A DNA stretch of 64,000 nt from Eutreptiella sp. 'Long Island Sound 2002' (taxonomy: Eukaryota; Protista; Euglenida): positions 65,162,001-65,226,000 of the forward strand of contig OZ038378.1 of assembly GCA_964036045.1 (NCBI GenBank), in the 5' to 3' direction. The stretch's first letter is position 1; each line of letters starts with the position of its first letter. The position numbers were made by a program, and so were the translations under genes. Positions 1-10,264 of the stretch are shown here, in pieces. The notes under the pieces are model-generated. The model was not told the origin of the DNA. It did no database searches and saw nothing but the letters and a program-made list of their open reading frames with translations.

Positions 1-1997
1 CCCCACTCGGCCTCTGGGGCCCAGCCCCTCGGTGATCGCACGGAGCCCTGCGCCACTCGGCTTCTGGGGCCCAGCCCCTCGGCGGTCGCACGGGGCCCTG
101 CCCCTCTCGGCTTCTGGGGCCCAGCCCCACGGCGGTCGCACGGGGCCCTACTCCACTCGGCTTCTGGGGCCCAGCCCCTCGGCGGTAGCACGGGGCCCTG
201 CCCCACTCGAATTCTGGGGCCCAGCCCCTCGGCGGTCGCACGGGGCCCTGCCCCACTCGGCTTCTGGGCCCTAGCCCCTCGGCGGTCGCACGGGGCCCTG
301 CCCCACTCGGCTTTTGGGGCCCAGCCCCTCGGGGGTCGCACGGTGCCCTGCCCCTCTCGGCTTCTGGGGCCCAGCCCCACGGCGGTCGCACGGGGCCCTG
401 CCCAACTCGGGTTCTGGGGCCTAGCCCCTCGGCGGTCGCACGGGGCCCTGCCCCACTCGGCTTCTGGGGCCCAGCCCCACGGCGGTCGCGCGGGGCCCTG
501 CCCCACTCGGCTTCTGGGGCCCAGCCCCACGGCGGTCGCACGGGGCCCTGCCCCACTCGGCTTCTGGGGCCCAGCCCCACGGCGGTCGCACGGGGCTCTG
601 CCCCTCTCGGCTTCTGGGGCCCAGCCCCACGGCGGTCGCACGGGGCCCTGCTCCACTCGGCTTCTGGGGCCCAGCCCCTCGGCGGTCGCACGGGGCCCTG
701 CCCCACTGGAATTCTGGGGCCCAGCCCCTCGTCGGTCGCACGGGGCCCTGCCCCACTCGGCTTCTGGGGCCCAGCCCCTCGGCGGTCGCACGGGGCCCTG
801 CCCCACTCGGCTTCTGGGGCCCAGCCCCACGGCGGTCGCACGGGGCCCTGCCCCACTCGGCTTCTGGGGCCCAGCCCCACGGCGGTCGCATGGGGCCCTG
901 CCCCACTCGGGTTCTGGGGCCCAGCCCCTCGGCGTTCGCACGGGACCATGCCCCTGTCGGCTTCTGGGGCCCAGCCCCACGGCGGTCGCACGGGGCCCTG
1001 CCCCACTCGGCTTCTGGGGCCCAGCCCCTCGGCGGTCGCACGAGGCCCTTCCCCTCTCGGCTTCTGGGGCCCAGCCCCACGGCGGTCGCACGGAGCCCTG
1101 CCCCACTCGGCTTCTGGGGCCCAGCCCCTCGGCGGTCGCACGGGGCCCTGCCCCAATCGAATTCTGGGGCCCAGCCCCTCGGCGGTCGCACGGGGCCCTG
1201 CCCCACTCGAATTCTGGGGCCCAGCCCCACGGCGGTCGCACGGGGCCCTGCCCCACTCGGCTTCTGGGGCCCAGCCCCTCGGTGATCACACGGGGCCCTG
1301 CCCCACTCGGCTTCTGGGGCCCAGCCCCTCGGTGATCGCACGGGGCCCTGCCCCTCTCGGCTTTTGGGGCCCAGCCCCTCGGCGGTCGCACGGGGCCCTG
1401 CCCCACTCGGCTTCTGGGGCCCAGCTCCTCAGCGTTCGCACGGGGCCCTGCCCCTGTCGGCTTCTGGGGCCCAGCCCCACGGCGGTCGCACGGGGCCCTG
1501 CCCCACTCGGCTTCTGGGGCCCAGCCCCACGGCGGTCGCACGGGGCACTGCCCCACTCGGCTCCTGGGGCCCAGCCCCTCGGCGGTCGCACGGGGCCCTG
1601 CCCCACTCGAATTCTGGGGCCCAGCCCCTCGGCGGTCGCACGAGGCCCTGCCCCACTCGAATTCTGGGGCCCAGCCCCACGGCGGTCGCACGGGGCCCTG
1701 CCCCACTCGGCTTCTGGGGCCCAGCCCCTCGGTTATCGCACGGGGCCCTGCCCCACTCGGCTTATGGGGCCCAGCCCCTCGGTGATCGCACGGGGCCCTG
1801 CCCCACTCGGCTTCTGGGGCCCAGCCCCACGGCGGTCACACGGGGCCCTGCCCCACTCGGCTTCTGGGGCCCAGCCCCACGGCGGTCGCACGGGGCCCTG
1901 CCCCACTCGGCTTCTGGGGCCCAGCCCCTCGGCGATCGCACGGGGCCCTGCTCCACTCGGCTTCTGGGGCCCAGCCCCACGGCAGTCGCACGGGGCA
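1..1997. repeat. 50-bp GC-rich minisatellite, about 40 copies, running off the left edge
   Basis: Consensus CCCCACTCGGCTTCTGGGGCCCAGCCCC(T/A)CGGCGGTCGCACGGGGCCCTG restarts at 1, 51, 101 ... 1951 with substitutions only. Confidence 0.98.
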
Positions 1998-3546
1998 CGG
2001 GCTCCAACTCCTCGTCTGCACCAATTGACTGCCATTAGCAGCACTCAGGGCCCCCCACACGCGGCGGCCCCCGCGTCGAGACGGAGGCCACTGCTCGTCC
2101 CTTCGCACGTCGGCACGGTCACGAGTACGCGCGGGGGATATGGCGATGCGGCAGGGGCGCGAACCCTGGGAAGGGAGAGCGCGGGTGAGGCTGGGTGGCC
2201 CGGTTGCACGACAGGGGAGGGTGCCTGTCCCTCACAGCACAGCACCGTTCTCCCTCGGGGGGCACCCTCGGGGGGTGGCAGGGATGGGCCCTGGGCTGAC
2301 TCGGCCGGAGGTTGGGGGGGTGGGGCTGCGGGGGCCCCCCAGTTGCGGGGGTTGCGGCCACCTTGGGCTTGGACTTGGGGCGGGAGGCGATGCCATGCAT
2401 CAACCCGGCATACCCCGGTTGGCCGCCGCCGGGTCGAACCCCCCCATGTCCATGAGCGCCGACCGGGTCGGCGTCCACGTTTAGGTCCTTCCCGCAAACT
2501 CCATCCCCCCGAGTCCCAGCGCCTACCAGCAGTTGGCGATGAATCGCCAGTGGGTGCCCCCCCCCCTTTTTTTTCTCGGGGGTGAAGAGGTTGAGTTGGG
2601 CCAACTCAAACATCGTCACCCCCTTTTGCGAGGAGGGGGGGCGTCTCCCCCCATTGTCGCCTGGGCAACTCCCGTTCCCACCTCCACCGCCCTCGGACCA
2701 CCCCCACCCGCATGGGCTTGTCCAGGTGGACCAGCCCCCCCTCGTCCACCCATACCCACCTCCTGGGCCCCAAAAGCCTTTGATGCAACCGGTGCATCAA
2801 AAAACAGAGAGTCCAAGCCGGACTCTCCTGGGGGACGAGGAGGCGGTGGTCCGGTTTTGGGGGGTGGGGGCCAACCAGGACGGCCGGGTCCCATGGCAGG
2901 TCGTCGATGGCCCCTGCATCCCTCGACCCCCCAAAAAACCTCAGCCAATCCCCCCCCCCCTCCACCTTCGCCTCCACCTCCTCCTTCACCGTCTACTCCC
3001 CCATCTCCTCCGCCTCCACCTCCACCTCCACCACCTCCTCCACCACCTCCTCCTTCGCCTTATCCACCTCCGCCGCCGCAATGGTCTCCAACCTTCGCAC
3101 ACTGCGATCCAGCGCCTCGATCGCCTCCGCTTTCTCCTCCATCCTTGTCATTCGCCTTGCCAACGGAGTACTCCGCCATGGCGAAATGCTCTCATCCCCA
3201 ATCCGGCGCAGCTCCACTAGCTTGGTCTTTCATTGGGCGACCTTGGTTTGTGCCTTGGCCTTTGCCCCCCTTTGGGCTGCGAGGGAAACCGAGAGACCTC
3301 GCAGCTCCCCCCGCAGCTCCTCAACTCGCACGCGCCCCGGGGCTGCCTTGGTTGACTTCTTGGCGGCCAACGGGGGAGGGGGTGGCAACGGAGGAGCTGG
3401 GGCTTGGTGTTGGGACTTGGGCTTGGGCTTGGCCTAGTGGGGTGGCTTCGGTTCGGCCTCGGCCTGCTCGGCCTTGGGCTCGCCTGCTTCGCTTGCTGGT
3501 GCTGCTGGGCAATCACCGCTGCCAGCAGCTCTGCCGTCAGCCATTG

Positions 3547-3690
3547 CTACAACAAACGCAGGAGTGTTCTAGCGGCGTTCTAGGCAACCGTTCGAGCAGC
3601 GTTCTAGCGACGTTCTAGCGACCGATCGTGCTGCCTAGATCAACACTAGAACGCTTCCCTAGATCAACGCTAGAACGCGCAACAGAACAC
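3547..3690 (-). other. Intron 3 of the RAG1-like gene (GT-AG, 144 nt)
   Basis: GGGACAG|GTGTTC...TTGTTGTAG|CAATGG. It contains in-frame TAG stops; removal joins the transposase C-terminal frame (VAHGT) to AMADGRAAG... Confidence 0.7.
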
Positions 3691-4797
3691 CTGTCCCATG
3701 GGCTACTCGATGAATTCCTTGGAAGCCATGTTGCTGATGGTGAATATTCTGTTGGAGGGAAGCCTGCATGTGGCCCTGGCCCCTCGTCACCTCCATTGCA
3801 TCCCTGCCCGAGCACGGCACTGGCGAACGCGGCCCCTTGTGCACAACCCACAACACTTCAAAGTATGCAAACAGCCATGTCATGCACCTTGCTTGCACAT
3901 TGGCCTCCCCGTGGATGGCCGACCACTGACGAGACACCTCGTCCACCCCCTCCACCCGACAGCCCCCCCCCCCCCCCCTGATGGCTGTGCTAGTTATGAC
4001 CATGTTTCAGAAAGCGGTTGATGCTTTCCGAAATGTCAGCCGAGAACATAGCCAACCCAAATGGCTTAATGCTGTGCAACATGGTATCTACATGATACTC
4101 GAGGCTCAGTAGATACCATGATGCTGTACTGACAGTACAGTGCCGCCGGAAATCTCTTGCCACGGCGGCACAGTGCAATGGGTTAGGGCCCTGATATGTA
4201 CAATAGATGGCCTGCAGCAGGTCCCACAGGTTCGCGATGGCCTTGTACGAGGCCGTGCTCGGCCTAATGCCGAGGCACCTAGCAATATTCGGCCATGCCT
4301 CAAAAAACTTGGTCGTCTCTTCCCCGTCCGGGGAAGCTGACCCATAAACGCTCCAACCTGCACGGCTCTCCGACAGGACAACTTGCGGGTCTTGACGAAG
4401 CGCAGGGGTGACCAACCTAGCCTCCCGGTCGACAAACTCCCCCAACAAGCGGCCCATGGCCATTGTCAAGTGCAAAATGCACAAGATCACGCAGGCACGT
4501 GGCAATTTCAAAATCTGTTGCGTGCTGCAGCCAGTGGCTTGCAAAGAAGGGCGTCCCAAGGAGGAAGGCCGTGTAGTGGGCGTCATCACGCTCCATGGTC
4601 CGCGGGATAGCACTACCCTCCCAATTCTTCTTATGGGCATTCCATATCCCCTCATTGAACATGGAGCCCACTTGGGGGCATGTGGACACCCCGATGACCC
4701 TTCGTGTCCACGGTTGATCCCCCCCGAGGATCACGTTTGCCTCCTCCCTGGAGGCCCCCCATTGGACGAGCCCCGTGTCGATGATTTCTTGACTCAC

Positions 4798-4925
4798 CCA
4801 AACACGAGACATGGGGGGTGGTTCATTTGGTTCTAGTCTAGCCTAGCCTAGCTTCTAGCGAGCGGTGTCCAAGGCTAACTAGATCAAAACTAGAACGAGT
4901 TAAAGGGACTAGGTGAGAGGAGTAC
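4798..4925 (-). other. Intron 2 of the RAG1-like gene (128 nt; acceptor appears mutated AG>GG)
   Basis: GGGGAG|GTACTC...GTTTGG|GTGAGT. Removal gives LGTLWKSNGE-VSQEIID...LGGD, 37 aa, the same length as LGNLF...GRD in the homolog near 62550-62656. Confidence 0.65.
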
Positions 4926-5718
4926 CTCCCCATTGCTCTTCCACAACGTCCCAAGGGTGTCCATGGCCTTGTCATCGCAATTGGCCATGCTCAACACCCA
5001 AAGGCTCGCGGGGGAGCGGGCCAAGCGGTCGAAGTTGGCCAAGGAGATGGTGAGTTGGGTCCAATTGCCCCCGGCCACGGGGTAGGCATCCCCCCGGACG
5101 ATGAACCCGAATGGGAAGGAGCGGTTGATTGACCGCACCAAGCCGGACCGGGAGAGGGTGTATGTGACCCATGAAGCCTTGGGCCATGAGATCCCGGTGG
5201 CCTCGGGCAACACCGTGGCAACAGGGGTATCCAATTCCACTGGGGCGACCAATTGTTTCCAACGTCCTTGGAAGTTCCGCTTTGTACAAATTCCACGGGA
5301 ATGGGGGCCACCGGGGGTGGTGCGGTCGTACTCCAACTTACGGAGCGTGTAGAGTTCCGAAAGGGTCCTCCACGAGGACTTGGGGGCCCTCATGTTGAGC
5401 ACTGGTTCACACATGGCGCTGGGGGGGAGTAGGGAGGCGGCGTATGCCTTGACGGCGGCGTTGCATGCCTCACCCGTGGTTTGGGTAGAAGTGGCGGTGT
5501 TCACATATTGGACGGCGTTGTTGAATTGCCGCCGTGCTAGGGGGTGTGATCACGCCCACGTGGCCAAATAATGGCCCACGCGCTCATCCTTGAGGTTCGA
5601 AGCCCCACTCAAGTCCCGTAGTGCGTTAGACAAGAGGGAAGTATCCTTCCCGGTTGAGGAGGGTCCAAGGGGGGAAGTGGCGGCGCGCAACCCTTGGTAC
5701 ATGCCAGAAGAAACAATC

Positions 5719-5794
5719 CTGTTCTAGCCTAGAACACTCTAGCCTAGATGTTCTAGCCGAGATTAGATCAATAGTAAAACGATATAGTGTCTAC
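5719..5794 (-). other. Intron 1 of the RAG1-like gene (GT-AG, 76 nt)
   Basis: TATGG|GTAGAC...GAACAG|GATT; removal joins MQQFTT...EEMGTYG in frame to IVSSGMY... Confidence 0.7.
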
Positions 5795-6384
5795 CCATAT
5801 GTGCCCATTTCTTCATTGTTCCGCCGTGCATGCTTGCTATTGTCCGTAGTGAATTGTTGCATGCTTCGTTCCCTCGCGCTTAGATATTACACCTTTCTTT
5901 GCAATGAAACAGCAAAAACTCCCAATTTCTTCTTGTCATGTGCGCGTTGTGCCCCTGCTGTGTGCGTCTGTGCACACACGCCCCCATACTCTACCACGTC
6001 TGGAAAGGGCAAGGAGCGCTGGGCTTCTCGCAGAATGTGCCGCGTGGTGCCTACCGTGACTGTGAGTGGGGGGCGTGACATTAAGTCTCCAAGGGATGAC
6101 GGCGCAGAGATCAACCTCTGTGTAACGCAAGATAGGGCGCAAATGTCGAGCCTGAAACTGGTCGAGGCCTACCACCGCCTGCCCTTATGGGAGACCTAGC
6201 CTATCACTGATGGAGGTGGGCTCCAGACGCGTGGTGCGGGGTTTCCGCATGAGGCAGTAATCTGACTTTGTTGGACTTGCAACCCCCCTTAGGCATGCAA
6301 GAGGGACACCCCCAAGGGATCGCTCTAGACCCACCCCTTCCCACGTTTGCCGAACAGCCTTGCGGGCCGCAATGACTCTGCGCA

Positions 6385-6990
6385 CTAAAGGTGCGCCTTC
6401 ACCAGGGCGTGCAAAACGTTCGCTGCAAAGGTTACCAGCCCAGGCACTGTGTCGGGGGTGCTCGGGGCCCCAAAACCGCTTCTGCCACCGTGGTCATGGC
6501 AGCCACAAAATGGTGGCATGTCTCTGTCACAGCGGCCAGGCGCATGGAATGTAGACCTTTCAATTGTTTGCAAAAGCGTCCCGCTGCCATTGGCGGACAC
6601 TGGACCCCAGCTTGAAACGAGCTGGGGAGGTTGGATTCCTGGGGCCGCTAGGGCGGGGATGGTGAGGAGACGTATTTGCACACGGTAATGATCTGACGGA
6701 AAGACGGACTTACTCTCAACTAAAACTTCACCTACTTGCGAAGACATAGGACGGCTGAGAAAGAAGTCCAAAGCTCCTATGAAGCCTTGGGCACTGACCC
6801 ACGTGGTCCCGCGCATGCCATGCAATGAAACAGAAACCGTGCAAGCAGCCCTCCCACCTCTTGGAGGAACACCGGAGCGGGGTAATCACACCACTGTAGT
6901 AGCTGCCGGAGCGCCACTACTTTAATCTTGACCGTGTGCTCCACATTGCGGACCGTGTGCTCCACGTTGAGGGTTAGCAAATGGAAACCG
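6385..6990 (-). pseudogene. Apurinic/apyrimidinic-type endonuclease domain of LINE ORF2
   Basis: TLNV, LQE, LD-F and SDH motifs in the correct order across two frames; 21-bp tandem duplication (NVEHTVR/NVEHTVK) near 6930-6970. Confidence 0.8.
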
Positions 6991-7089
6991 GCTAGCGCAT
7001 CTACGGAAGCCACACGCTCCGAGTCGGCGTTTCGTTCTAAATCCCGTACGGAAGACAAAGCTACGTGCAATTTGCGGAGAGAGCGGCGG

Positions 7090-7124
7090 AAAGTGGGTGA
7101 CCCCGTGACGGGGTCACCCACTTT
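7090..7124. repeat. Perfect 16-bp inverted repeat with 3-nt loop
   Basis: AAAGTGGGTGACCCCG-TGA-CGGGGTCACCCACTTT. Confidence 0.95.
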
Positions 7125-10100
7125 TTGCGGAAAGCGTTGGAGGGTTACGGGGTTTAGGACCGTCAAAAGCAAGGTGAGGGACCTTGTAGTGACTGGCGCA
7201 AAACTAAGCCGGGCTCGTCAAAAAAATCCGGAGGAGAGATAATACACGCGGTCTAGCCTCAAGGGGAACACTTGTCCCTTGCAGAGCGATTGCGGAGACG
7301 TGCCGTATCCCGGTATACCACGCAATGAGCACTCCACCGTGACCGTAAGGCCTGTGTGATCGAATGACCTGCGGACTAGGGTGACGTTGACTAGCGCACC
7401 TGGCGCGGACACCAGGGAGGCCAATGGTAGAGGAAGGGCTACAAAACCAGCGAGCCTCTGACTCCCAAGGACATATCCCCACTGCTAGTTGCTCGCAACC
7501 GGGGGTAACTGCAGCATGCACTCTGTCACACGCTTTCGTGAGCTCATAGGATCTTGAGGCCGAAAAAACTTGTGGCCGTCAGCTGGGTTCCCGATTGTGG
7601 AGTGGTCGCGGGTCTGGGGTAGTTCGCCACGGCGTTGGTGGGTCCGTTTCCCAGTTAGGGGAGGAGATTGTGTCCTAGTTTCGGGGGAAGTGACTGGTAC
7701 GCGTGGGTTGGTTTGACTGTGCTACTATGCGAAGGGACGTGACCACAAGCCGACCCATACTGGAAAGGGGGGCCCGTACCAAATGACCATGTAGTATGAG
7801 TTAACCGGGACCGGCGCGATCCCCCGTGCCTCCGATGTCGGTGTTCCCGTGAGGGAGAATGGGGGCGCTCTCGCGCTTCCGAGCGCGACCCCTTATTACG
7901 TTTCTGCCCTCCATCCTCCGTGCGGTCATCAATGTGCGCCCTGACTGCGGAGGGGGTAGGGGCTACATTGACGCCCCCACGGGTTGGCTCCGCAACGGGT
8001 GCACTAGAGGTTGCTTGGCCGACAGTCCCACTCTTCCACCTACCTGTGTAGGGGGTCCATGGGTGCTTGTAGGACTTGTGCCATTGCACACTCCGGCCGC
8101 TTGGCGTGATAGAGCCTCCCTGCTCTACTAGCGCTCAGGCCTCCTCACGGACCCCGATATTAGCAAAGGACACTTTCGCACGTACAAACTGATCCAACAC
8201 AATGCACAAGTTGTCATGAAAATGAGAGCGCAGGAAACCGGCTAACATTCTAGCGCACACGGGTTGGGACGGAGGGTGTGACCCCGGAGTGCAATGCACA
8301 TTGCAGCTCACGGCGAATGAAGCGGGATTTGAACGGGCCCACCTCCCTCAACCTCTGCTCCCCGTGGACTAATTGGCTTTCTGCGCTTGCATTGTGGGAC
8401 TTTGCCCAGGGGCACTGGCTGAAGGAACATACTTGGGGTGGCACTTAACAAATTCGGCACCGAGGGCAAGGAGGCACGGAGCCCTCCCACTTGTGTGGCA
8501 GTGCGTCATGCGGAAAGCCGGGAATCTCGCATCCCGCGAGTTGCATGGTGAGATGGAAGGCCCGCGCTAGGCTTTCCACCTGCTTGTCCTCAACAGCATG
8601 CAGCCAGGTGAGGAACCCATTCAGCACTCGAAGTGAACCCTAAGGGGCACTCCCCGTGTCGTGGGGGCCATGCGTTTCCCCACCAAAACCATAAGGTCTT
8701 TGGCACTAGACTGTGGTCCTCGAGGTTCGGGGTCCTCCAGACCCGTAAGGTCAACTATGGGTGACTCCACGGAGGTTCGACGATTGGGGCCGCGACAAGG
8801 GGAGGCATGTCTACGGTTGGCTAAAAGTGCGCAGGGAAAAATTGTGAATCCAGAAAAAACAGGGAGCCTCGCGCCACCCAGGCCTTGAGAAAAAATGGGA
8901 AGGACGGGTACCATGCCGCATGATGCTTGTCAATGCGAATCAGTTCGCAGGACGAAGCTTGTCTAGGGCCGCTTGCAGGATATCCGTTACTTGGGTGCCC
9001 TCCGGGGGGGGGGGGGGCTTCCGGGCAAGAGAGAGTAAAGTCTTCGCAGCCATATGGATACGTTATCAACAGCTCGCGGATCGGTGTCTGCGTCACGTTT
9101 GCGATCCCACATCTTCGTGTCTTGAGGACCCCTATGACTTGGGCTTGTAGGTCATCTATCTGGGCTTGCAGTCGCCCAGTGGCCTCATCATGCATCTTCT
9201 TCTGATGTGCCAGGGCTTGACGTGCGGAGAGCAGCGTCTCCTCGGTTGCTTGCAGTTTTTGGCAAGTCAGACGGTGGCGGTCTGTCATCCGGCATAGTTG
9301 GGCGTCGTTTCTCCTAGGGGTCACCGGCTGGAGAACAGCTTCAAATTGCAACGATAGGTCAATGGGCACCCAATCTCCATCCACCGGCTTGTCTAGGACT
9401 TCCTTCGTGGTCGGGCCGCAAAGGTTACCCACGGGGACGAAGGGGCATCATTCGTCAGTGCCGGCGAAGCGCCCGATCCATGGGTCGGCGTGTGTGGGCC
9501 GCCGGTCATGGTCCACACAGCCAGAGGCAACTCTGCCACACGAGGGGTGCGCAAGAGCTGATGTCGAGAGCACATTGACAATGGGTCTCAGAGACCTGAT
9601 GCTAGGTGCAAGGGTTGCAGAGAGGCGGGTACCCATGGCGGCGAAATGAGATCCATCACTCACCCAACGACTTCTTCCTCACGAAATAACAGAGTCAACA
9701 CTTCCAGTATGCGCGGCGCCTGCTCACCGGGGACACTTCAGACTTTGACACGGGAGGGGGATTCCACGGGGCATTTTTGTTGTGGAGTGCCCGCCAAGTC
9801 GGCGGCCCACCACAGAATACAGGGATACATCTGATGCAAGATGTCCGGCGCGGCATGCGGAGTGTTGAGTGGCAGGTGGGGTGTCAAGGATGACAGCCCA
9901 CTACCCCGCGGCATCGTTTTTGTGCCACTCCGCCCACGTGGACTTGAGTGGCGATGGTGACCGTCATGAGATAGGGTCTAGCACCAGCTTAGAAAATTGG
10001 CTGCCTCGGAATTGGGGCATTTTTTGCGGTTCGGTGAGGCCAAGCAGCCGCAGAAGCCTCGTCCGGAACAAGTTGCCGTAAATGCGTCGGAAGAAAGGGA

Positions 10101-10264
10101 TCCACCGCAGTGGGAGCTCCTGGGAGGCAACATCCGCGGTCTGCGCAAAAGCTAGAAGCGGTACAGATTGAGCCATGGCAATCGGGCAATGGCTAATAAT
10201 TCGTACCCCCGAGGTTGTCTTGACGTTTGCAGTGACGGTGATCAGCACACCGTTGATTCTAAGC

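Larger units (their letters stand above)
2045..5862 (-). pseudogene. RAG1/Transib-like DDE transposase with three introns and a ~500-aa C-terminal extension (degenerate)
   Basis: ATG at 5862. Motifs: FIVRGDAYP (D, 5088-5090), ILGGDQPW (D, 4717-4719), VILCILHLTM (compare RAG1 DALHCD) and FSADISESINR (E, 4026-4028; compare RAG1 SEGNESGNK). Clear homology to the ORF at 62093-63037. Several stops, plus frameshifts near 4550 and in the poly-G at about 3970. Confidence 0.8.

Noticed and set aside
32-2108. Many overlapping long Pro/Gly-rich ORFs
   Set aside because: Artefacts of a stop-poor 50-bp GC-rich array; the period is not a multiple of 3 and ORFs appear in all frames.
2045-3546. RAG2-like partner gene
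   Set aside because: No kelch repeats or PHD; same orientation as the transposase and apparently spliced to it.
2533-3618. 361-aa extensin-like poly-Pro ORF on the plus strand
   Set aside because: Antisense shadow of the Glu/Val-rich tract of the minus-strand gene.
4798-4925. Euglenid-type non-conventional intron
   Set aside because: Only short end pairing and no CAG/CTG signature; a mutated AG acceptor is simpler, and the sister introns are GT-AG.
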